The notes beneath the pieces were generated by a model. It saw only the letters and a program-made list of their open reading frames with translations. It made no database searches and was not told where the DNA came from. This document shows positions 1 through 6,595 of a DNA stretch of 32,000 bases, piece by piece. The position numbers were made by a program, and so were the translations under genes. How positions within the stretch are numbered: the first letter of the stretch is position 1; each line of letters opens with the position of its first letter. The DNA comes from Alkalilimnicola ehrlichii MLHE-1 (GTDB lineage Bacteria > Pseudomonadota > Gammaproteobacteria > Nitrococcales > Halorhodospiraceae): contig NC_008340.1 of NCBI RefSeq assembly GCF_000014785.1, positions 990,001-1,022,000 of the forward strand, in the 5' to 3' direction.

Positions 1-789
1 GTAACCACGGTGCTCCAGGATGCCCGGCAGCCACGGGCCGGCGAAGGCGTAGAACAGGAACACACCGGTGATGATGACCAGCGCCAGCCCGGCCACCCGG
101 CGCGTCATCTCCAGGATGAGGAGGATCCCGGTGAGCGAGACCAGGAACTCGGTGGTGCCGACGAAGGAGGTGCCGGCGGCCATACGCCAGCGGGCCAGGG
201 CGAAAATAATGAACGCGGCCACCACGATGGCGGCCAGCGACAGCAGCCAATCGGGCCAGTGCACCCGATTGGCGGGGCTGTGAAAGATCCAACTGGAGAG
301 CAGGGCGATACCGGTGCCACCGATCAGCGCATAGCGCATGTGTTCGAAGACCCAGTCCGGCGGGTTGGGCTGGCCACCCACTTCACGCAGGTACCAGGCC
401 AGGCCGATACAGAAGGCCGCGTAACCGATGGCGGTGGCGCTGGCCAGCAGGGGCACCAACTGCGGGGTGGTCAGCGCCCGCGGATTGGCGGTGCGGTTCA
501 GGGTGGCCGCGGTGGTCAGCAGGAAGCCGATGACTAGGCCCCCCGCCACGTGGCTGATGCGGAAGGCCCAGGTCTCCATCGGGGCAACGTTGAGCGAATA
601 GAGATGGAAGGCCGTGTAGAGCACGCAGATGCTGTAGAGCAGCCAGCGTTGCCAGCCCGCCACGTCGCGCTCATTGTGACCGAGGGGGATTTCGGTCACA
701 TCTTCTACGGCCACCTTGGGGGCGTCCGGTGCCTGGGGATCCTTGTCGTCGGGTGCCGTGTTCTGATTGTCGTGTCGTTGTGAATTCAT
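1..789 (-). CDS. TRAP transporter fused 4TM/12TM permease (TAXI-type), N-terminal part. The gene continues past the left edge.
   Basis: Hand translation of the minus strand from ATG 789..787 stays open to position 1. It is absent from the ORF track because there is no stop in the window. Sequence: MNSQRHDNQNTAPDDKDPQAPDAPKVAVEDVTEIPLGHNERDVAGWQRWLLYSICVLYTAFHLYSLNVAPMETWAFRISHVAGGLVIGFLL... with successive hydrophobic helices. It lies directly downstream of a TAXI solute-receptor gene on the same strand. Confidence 0.8.
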   Translation of the reverse strand, partial: MNSQRHDNQNTAPDDKDPQAPDAPKVAVEDVTEIPLGHNERDVAGWQRWLLYSICVLYTAFHLYSLNVAPMETWAFRISHVAGGLVIGFLLTTAATLNRTANPRALTTPQLVPLLASATAIGYAAFCIGLAWYLREVGGQPNPPDWVFEHMRYALIGGTGIALLSSWIFHSPANRVHWPDWLLSLAAIVVAAFIIFALARWRMAAGTSFVGTTEFLVSLTGILLILEMTRRVAGLALVIITGVFLFYAFAGPWLPGILEHRGY

Positions 790-881
790 GGTTGGATTCA
801 CTGTCCGTTGTCAGGCTTTTGGCCCGTTTGCGGATAGGGACCTGTCAGGGAAACCGACTGCCGAGTCAGTTTTCAGTCGCC

Positions 882-925
882 CTGACAAACAGAACCCCCA
901 CCCGCGGATGCGGATGGGGGTGGGG
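882..925 (-). terminator. Putative intrinsic terminator or attenuator between the TRAP receptor and permease genes
   Basis: On the minus strand, CCCCACCC (925..918) pairs perfectly with GGGTGGGG (903..896) across a 14-nt loop, followed by TTCTGTTTGTC. Confidence 0.4.
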
Positions 926-945
926 TTGCCGGTGCCGCGTGGCGC

Positions 946-1932
946 TTAGCCGCGCAGGTCATCCGGGATGTCGAATCCGTTCTCTTCGAACCAGCGCACC
1001 GCGCCCGGGTGGAACGGAAGCCAGTCGTTGACCTCCCAGTTCTCCGGCAGCGTTTCCTTGGAAGCGCCGTGGATCTGCACCATCTCATCGTTGTTTTCCA
1101 TCACCGTCTTGGTCACACCATAGACCAGACTCTCCGGCATGTCCTTGTGAGTGATGGCAAAGTTCCAGATGGAGATGGCCGGGATATCGGCGTCCAGGGA
1201 TTGGTAGGCGTCGCCCGGGACGCTGGAGCCGACCAGCTCGGGGAAGGCCTCCAGAATGGCCTCCTGATCGGCTTCAGCGATGGAGAAGATGTTGACGTCG
1301 GCCTGGGCCTCGGCCTGGCTGAAGGCGGAGATCGGGATGCCGGCGGCGAAGGCGAAGGCATCGATCAGGCCGTCCTGGAGCTGGCCCACCTGGTCGGAGG
1401 CGCCGCCGTTACGGGTGCGCACATCCAGACCGAGCTGCTCGAAGAACTGGGGCCAGTACATGTCAGCGGTGCCGCCGGCCGGGCCGATGCCCACGGTTTT
1501 GCCGTCGAGATCCGCGACACTCTCAATGCCGGACCCGGACAGGGCGATGACCTGGAAGGCCGTCTGGTACATGGGGAACACTGCGCGGATGTCCTTGTGC
1601 TCCAGGCCCGGTGCCAGTTCGCTTTCGCCCTCCCAGGCCGCCAGCGCGGGGCCCATGGTGACCATGCCGAATTGGTGATCGCCGGTCTGCACCAGGGTGG
1701 CGTTCTGGACCGGGCCGCCGGTGACCTCGGCGCCGGCGTTGATGTCCAGCGCTTCGCCCACCATGTTGGCCCAGCCGGAACCGTAAATGAAGTAGGTGCC
1801 GCCCTGGCTGGCGGTGCCCACGGTGATGCTGCGCGGCCAGTCGCCGCGGTCGTCGGCGATGGCAGCGCCACCGGCGGCCAGCGCCGCGCCGGCGCACAGG
1901 CTTACGAATACATTGCGGGTGCTGTTAAGCAT
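946..1932 (-). CDS. TAXI-family TRAP transporter solute receptor (periplasmic binding protein)
   Basis: ORF 946..1998, trimmed to the ATG at 1932 (MLNSTRNVFVSLCAGAALAAGGAAIA signal peptide; GGAG upstream). Family-typical stretches include TVGTASQGGTYFIYGSGWANMV, GPVQN, DGKTVGIGPAGGT and HPGAVRWFEENG. Confidence 0.9.
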   Translation of the reverse strand: MLNSTRNVFVSLCAGAALAAGGAAIADDRGDWPRSITVGTASQGGTYFIYGSGWANMVGEALDINAGAEVTGGPVQNATLVQTGDHQFGMVTMGPALAAWEGESELAPGLEHKDIRAVFPMYQTAFQVIALSGSGIESVADLDGKTVGIGPAGGTADMYWPQFFEQLGLDVRTRNGGASDQVGQLQDGLIDAFAFAAGIPISAFSQAEAQADVNIFSIAEADQEAILEAFPELVGSSVPGDAYQSLDADIPAISIWNFAITHKDMPESLVYGVTKTVMENNDEMVQIHGASKETLPENWEVNDWLPFHPGAVRWFEENGFDIPDDLRG

Positions 1933-2054
1933 TGTAATGACATCTCCGCTGATGGCTTCACGGGAAAATCCGGGGCCTGCCACCCAGGGCGGGCCCATGC
2001 TGTCAGACGATTGATGGAATAGTAGAGTTGGTTCGCTGGTCTGACAGCCCAGTT

Positions 2055-2082
2055 TTTATGCCAGGGGCGTAGCCCCTGTCAA
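2055..2082 (-). promoter_or_regulatory. Candidate sigma-70 promoter for the TAXI-TRAP genes
   Basis: Minus strand reads TTGACA (2082..2077), a 16-nt spacer, then CATAAA (2060..2055). The spacer is itself a perfect 7-bp hairpin (CAGGGGC gta GCCCCTG). Confidence 0.3.
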
Positions 2083-2235
2083 CGATGGGCTATTGTGCAG
2101 TACGGCATCGGGTATGTCGGGACAGTCGGCAAAACAAAGCCCGTTACTGCGGATTGTGTGCGTGCAGTCTTGCAGGGGGGCAAGCGGTGCCGCTGCCCCC
2201 TGCACAGGCAGTGGCCACGGACCGAACCGGCCCGG

Positions 2236-3687
2236 TCAATTGCCCCGCGGTACCGTCTGCGGTTCCACAAACTCGAACAGGCCCTCGGTGCCTCCTTCCC
2301 GGCCCCAACCACTGCACTTCATGCCGCCGAACGGGGCCTCCGGCGTGGGCCCGGTGCCGGTGTTGTGGCCCACATGGGCAAACTCCAGTCCGGCGATCAG
2401 GCGCTGGGCGCGGGCCTCGTCGGCGGTGAACAGGTAGGCGGCGAGGCCGAACTCGGTGTCGTTGGCCATCTCCAGGGCCTGCGCCTCGTCCCGAAAGGGC
2501 ATGATGGGGACCAGCGGGCCGAAGGTCTCCTCGCGGGTGCAGTCCATGCCCGGCTTCACCCCCCGCAATACCGCTGGCGGGAAGAAGCCGCCCCAGTCGT
2601 TGGGGATGGGACCCGGGTCTTCGCCCAGCACCGCGGTGGCGCCCTGCTCCAGGGCGTTGTTGAAATGCCGCCGCACCTTCTCGTAGCCGTTGCGGTCGAT
2701 CAGCGGCCCGAGGTCGGTGTCCGGCGCCATGCCGTCACCCACCTTCAGCCGGGCGGCCCGCTCCGCCACCTTGTCGGCGAAGCTCTCCTCCACCGAGGCC
2801 TCCACCAGGATGCGGTTGGCACAGACACAAGTCTGGCCACCACCCCGGAATTTGTTGGCGATGAGGTGGTCGGCGGCGCGGTCCAGGTCGGTGTCCGCGA
2901 ACACGATGAAGGGCGCGTTACCGCCCAACTCCAGGGCGAGCTTTTTCACCCCCGGGGCGCTGGCGGTGATCAGCTTGCGGCCCACCTCGGTGGAGCCGGT
3001 GAAGCTCACCACGCGCACCCGGTCATCCGCCATCAGGGTATCGCCGATGGGCCCGGAGGGCCCGGTGACCAGGTTGACGAAACCGGGGGGCAGGTCCACC
3101 TCCCGCTCCATCAGCGTGAACAGCGCCAGCATGGTCAGCGGGGTCTTGGACGAGGGCTTGATCACGCTGGGGCAGCCGGCAGCGATCGCCGCGGAAAGCT
3201 TCTTCGCGATCATGCCAATGGGGAAGTTCCAGGGGGTGACCAGGCCGACCACCCCGGCCGGGCGATTGTGGATGGTCCAGGTGGCCTCGCGCGGACGCTC
3301 GGGGAGCGTGCGCGGCCCCAGCGAGTAGACATTTTTCGCGCAGAACTCAAAGAACCCGGCGGCGTATAACACCTCGCCCTGGGCCTCCTTCAGCGGCTTG
3401 CCGTGCTCCATGGTGAGGACACGGCCCAGCTCCGACTTGTGCGCTTTCAGGGCATCGACGATACCGTCCAGCCAGGCCTGCCGCTCCTCCAGCTCACTGC
3501 CCCGGCGCAGCGCGGCGTGCGCGGCGTCGATGGCCCTTCGGGTCTCCTCCGCTCCCATGGCCGCAACGCGGCCCAACTCGTCACCGTTGACCGGGTTGTG
3601 GACCGGGAAGCGCTCGCCGCTGTCGGCGGGGGTCCAGGAGCCGTCGATGTAGCCGTGCAGGTTCGACAGCAGGGGGGATTCAAACAT
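2236..3687 (-). CDS. NAD(P)-dependent aldehyde dehydrogenase, succinate-semialdehyde dehydrogenase-like
   Basis: ORF 2236..3831, trimmed to the ATG at 3687 (MFESPLL, GAGGAG Shine-Dalgarno upstream). ALDH catalytic motifs are present: LALELGGNAPFIVF (Glu) and FRGGGQTCVCANRILV (Cys), plus VTPWNFP and FTGSTEVG. Confidence 0.9.
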   Translation of the reverse strand: MFESPLLSNLHGYIDGSWTPADSGERFPVHNPVNGDELGRVAAMGAEETRRAIDAAHAALRRGSELEERQAWLDGIVDALKAHKSELGRVLTMEHGKPLKEAQGEVLYAAGFFEFCAKNVYSLGPRTLPERPREATWTIHNRPAGVVGLVTPWNFPIGMIAKKLSAAIAAGCPSVIKPSSKTPLTMLALFTLMEREVDLPPGFVNLVTGPSGPIGDTLMADDRVRVVSFTGSTEVGRKLITASAPGVKKLALELGGNAPFIVFADTDLDRAADHLIANKFRGGGQTCVCANRILVEASVEESFADKVAERAARLKVGDGMAPDTDLGPLIDRNGYEKVRRHFNNALEQGATAVLGEDPGPIPNDWGGFFPPAVLRGVKPGMDCTREETFGPLVPIMPFRDEAQALEMANDTEFGLAAYLFTADEARAQRLIAGLEFAHVGHNTGTGPTPEAPFGGMKCSGWGREGGTEGLFEFVEPQTVPRGN

Positions 3688-3752
3688 GGCTCGCTCCTCA
3701 TGAATCGGGTTTGTCACCGGCCCCTCGGGCGCCGGGGCCGGTGGGGATCGGG

Positions 3753-4745
3753 TCAGGTGCCGGGGGAGGGCGGTACGTAGCCGCGTCCCTTGTCCACCTG
3801 GTTGAGCAGGGGTTCGCCCTGGCGCCAGCAATGGAAGTTGGCGATGAACTGCTCAGAGAGCGCCCGGCGCCAGCCCACCACATCACCCGCCATGTGGTGA
3901 GAGATCACCACATTGTCCAGGTCCCACAAGGGGTGGTCGGCCGGTAGCGGCTCATCCTCGAAGACATCCAGGGCCGCGCCGGCCAGCTCGCCGGCCCGCA
4001 GAGCCGCCACCAGGTCATCGGTGCGGACGATCGGGCCGCGCCCGATGTTGATCAGCCGGGCGTGCGTGGCCATCCGCCGGAACAGCCCGGCGTCGAACAG
4101 CCCCTCGGTGGCCGGAGTGAGCGGAGCGGCAATGACCACGTAGTCCTGGTCCGGCAGCAGCTCGGTCAGCCGGTCGTTGCTATAGACGGCCTGGAAGTCG
4201 GGGTCGCTGTCGCGGTCGCGGCTGGCGATACCGGTGACCTGCATGCCCATCGCACCACAGGCGCGGGCGATCTGCCGGCCGATGGAACCGGCCCCCACCA
4301 CCAGCACCCGCTGACCCTCAATGCGTTCGGTATCCCGGTGGTGCCAGCGGTGTTCGCGCTGCAGGGCCAGCGTGGTGTGCAGATCCTTGGCATAGAGCAG
4401 GATCAGCCCCAGCACATACTCGGCGATGGGGCGGTCGAAGATCCCGCGGGCGTTGGTCAGCGGGACATCGCTCTCGCGCAGGGCGGGAAACAGCAGCCGG
4501 TCGACCCCCGCCGAGGTGGCGTGGACCCAGGAGACCTTGCGTGCCGCCGGCCAGGCCCGTTCCACCACGTCGGTATTGAAGTCGGTGACCAGCAGGATGT
4601 CCGCCTCGGCCAGGGCGTCGCGCAGCTCCTCCACCGTACGGGTATGGATCAGCCGGGCCTGGCCTGAGAGCGTCTCCAGCCCCGGTGGCACGTCCTCGTC
4701 CATGGCGGTCAGCAAGGCGATGACCGGTTCCGCTGCTGCTGGCAT
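3753..4745 (-). CDS. D-isomer-specific 2-hydroxyacid dehydrogenase (NAD-binding)
   Basis: ORF 3753..4796, trimmed to the ATG at 4745 (GGGAGA upstream). It has the VLVVGAGSIGRQIA Rossmann GxGxxG motif, INIGRGPIV (Arg), LDVFEDEPLP (Glu) and VISHHMAG (His). Confidence 0.9.
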   Translation of the reverse strand: MPAAAEPVIALLTAMDEDVPPGLETLSGQARLIHTRTVEELRDALAEADILLVTDFNTDVVERAWPAARKVSWVHATSAGVDRLLFPALRESDVPLTNARGIFDRPIAEYVLGLILLYAKDLHTTLALQREHRWHHRDTERIEGQRVLVVGAGSIGRQIARACGAMGMQVTGIASRDRDSDPDFQAVYSNDRLTELLPDQDYVVIAAPLTPATEGLFDAGLFRRMATHARLINIGRGPIVRTDDLVAALRAGELAGAALDVFEDEPLPADHPLWDLDNVVISHHMAGDVVGWRRALSEQFIANFHCWRQGEPLLNQVDKGRGYVPPSPGT

Positions 4746-4991
4746 GGCTTTCTCCCGTAAGCGGCCTGAAGGGTGCAGTGGCGGGCAGGCTTGCACCGGT
4801 CTGGGGCAGACCGGATGCTGCGCCCCGGAAAGCCCGCCACTCTGCTCATTAGTAGCCCTCCGCGGCAGGGTTCGTCAATTGTTGACCCCCGCCCGCGCCG
4901 GGCCTACTGTGGAACTGAACGCACAAGTCGGGATCGCCGCATGGGGCGACGATCACCCGTCATCCGCAGCCGCTGCATAGGAGGATCGGGC

Positions 4992-6194
4992 ATGGTGGCG
5001 GATCCGGTCGAGCTGGAGTATTCCGAAACCCCGGAACCCATGTGGAATCCGGCCCTGAGGGCGCTGCCCATCCCGGGCATCCGGCGCATGGTCAACATGG
5101 CCGCCGAGATGGATGACGTGATCCATCTCTCCATTGGCCAGCCGGACTTTCCCGTGCCCGACCATGTGATCGAGGCGCACATCGATGCCCTGCGCCACGG
5201 CCAGACCGGTTACACCATGGACGCCGGCCTGCCGGAACTGCTGGAGACCATCGCCGAGTATTACGCCGACCGCTATCAGCGGCCGATCGCCCCGGAGAAC
5301 GTGTTGGTCACCACCGGCGCGACCGAGGCCATCTACCTGGCGCTGGCGGCCACCGCCGCACCCGGCCGGCAGTTTCTGGTGCCGGACCCCTCCTTTCCGC
5401 TCTATGCCCCGCTGATCCGCATGAACGGCGGCGAGGTGAAGGCCATCCCCACCCGCGCAGAGAATGGCCATCAGCTCGACCCCCAGGAGGTGATCGACAA
5501 CATCGGGATGCGCACCTTCGGCATCATCCTTAACTCGCCGAGCAATCCCACCGGCACGGTCTATCCGCGCGAGACGGTGGAGGCCATCGTCCAGGAGGCC
5601 GCCTACCGCGGGGTGTATGTCTACAGCGACGAGGTCTACGACCACCTGCTGCTGGATGACCTGCAATACGCCAGCGTGCTCAACTGCACCTCCGACCTGG
5701 ACCACGTGATGATGATGTCCAGCTTCTCCAAGACCTACAGCATGTCGGGCCTGCGGATCGGTTGGATCATCTCCAGCCAGGGGGCCATCAAGAAGCTGCG
5801 CCGGTTCCATATCTTCACCACCACCGTGGCCAATACCCCGGCGCAGTGGGCGGGTGTGGCCGCGCTGCGCGGGGAGAAGACCTGCCTGGACAGCATGGTG
5901 GCGGAGTACCGCCGGCGCCGGGACCGGGTGGTGCAACTGGTCAGCGATGCGCCCCACCTCACCGGTTACTGGCCCCAGGGCGCCTTTTACATCTTCCCGT
6001 CACTGCCGCCGAACACCGATGCCACCACCGTGGCCATCCGCATGCTGCAGGAGACCGGCGTCTGCGTGGTGCCGGGGGACGCCTTCGGCGACAGTTGCCC
6101 CAATTCGCTGCGCATCAGTTTCTCCGCGAGCATGGATGATATTGAGGAGGCCTTCGAGCGGGTCATCCCCTGGCTGGCCAAGCAGCGCTTCTGA
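4992..6194 (+). CDS. Pyridoxal-phosphate-dependent aminotransferase, class I/II (aspartate/aromatic type)
   Basis: ORF 4773..6194, trimmed to the ATG at 4992 (AGGAGG 8 nt upstream). It has LNSPSNPTG, the PLP-lysine motif SSFSKTYSMSGLRIGW and LRISF near the C-terminus. Confidence 0.9.
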   Translation: MVADPVELEYSETPEPMWNPALRALPIPGIRRMVNMAAEMDDVIHLSIGQPDFPVPDHVIEAHIDALRHGQTGYTMDAGLPELLETIAEYYADRYQRPIAPENVLVTTGATEAIYLALAATAAPGRQFLVPDPSFPLYAPLIRMNGGEVKAIPTRAENGHQLDPQEVIDNIGMRTFGIILNSPSNPTGTVYPRETVEAIVQEAAYRGVYVYSDEVYDHLLLDDLQYASVLNCTSDLDHVMMMSSFSKTYSMSGLRIGWIISSQGAIKKLRRFHIFTTTVANTPAQWAGVAALRGEKTCLDSMVAEYRRRRDRVVQLVSDAPHLTGYWPQGAFYIFPSLPPNTDATTVAIRMLQETGVCVVPGDAFGDSCPNSLRISFSASMDDIEEAFERVIPWLAKQRF

Positions 6195-6415
6195 TGCCCT
6201 GACCGGGCTGCCGTGCGCCCCCGGGCGCATGCCAGCCCGGCCCGCCCAATTGCATTACCGACACCGCCTGGCGGTGGACTCAAGCCCCCTCTGATCTCTC
6301 CCGTCCGGCACTGCGGCGTGTCGGGGTTGTTCAACTGAACGCCCCCAGGCGCGCTGCGGTCCGGCGCCCGTTCCCTGCCTTCAACGCGTTTGTAATTAGA
6401 GCATCTCCAATCTTT

Positions 6416-6454
6416 TGTAATGATATTGCAAATGCGAACCAGTCTCACTACGAT
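6416..6454 (+). promoter_or_regulatory. Candidate sigma-70 promoter overlapped by Fur-box-like sequence
   Basis: This is the only AT-rich patch in the region. It reads TTGCAA (6427..6432), 16 nt, TACGAT (6449..6454). Two overlapping 19-mers, TGTAATGATATTGCAAATG (6416..6434) and GCAAATGCGAACCAGTCTC (6428..6446), match GATAATGATAATCATTATC at 11 and 12 of 19 positions by hand count. Confidence 0.35.
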
Positions 6455-6480
6455 TGCGCTCGGGACATGTGAAGCGGCTT

Positions 6481-6516
6481 GCGGCCCGCGGTGATCCGCT
6501 AGGGCCGCCTTTTTTT
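6481..6516 (+). terminator. Rho-independent terminator-like hairpin upstream of the TonB-dependent receptor
   Basis: GCGGCCC-GCGG / loop TGAT / CCGC-ta-GGGCCGC gives 11 bp with one 2-nt bulge, followed by C and seven T residues (6510..6516). There is no T-run on the opposite strand. Confidence 0.6.
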
Positions 6517-6595
6517 CTGCAGCCGTCTTTTTGGGGGGACTGGTGTGATGCCAGGGAGGTACGCCCGGTCGAATTCGTTACAGGAGCAATCAGTT

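Noticed and set aside
10-537. 175-aa plus-strand ORF at the left edge, and other small ORFs in 1..1100
   Set aside because: The real gene is the minus-strand TRAP permease (open from 789 to the window edge), which the ORF track omits because it has no in-window stop. The plus-strand product is Gly/Gln/Arg/Asp-rich nonsense.
1009-3369. Plus-strand ORFs 1009..2022 (337 aa) and 2095..3369 (424 aa)
   Set aside because: They are antisense to the TAXI receptor and the aldehyde dehydrogenase, with no motifs. They are artifacts.
5987-6448. 153-aa minus-strand ORF in the aminotransferase/TonB-receptor spacer
   Set aside because: It overlaps the 3' end of the aminotransferase in antisense. It has no ribosome-binding site or recognisable motif, and its start lies in the AT-rich promoter patch.
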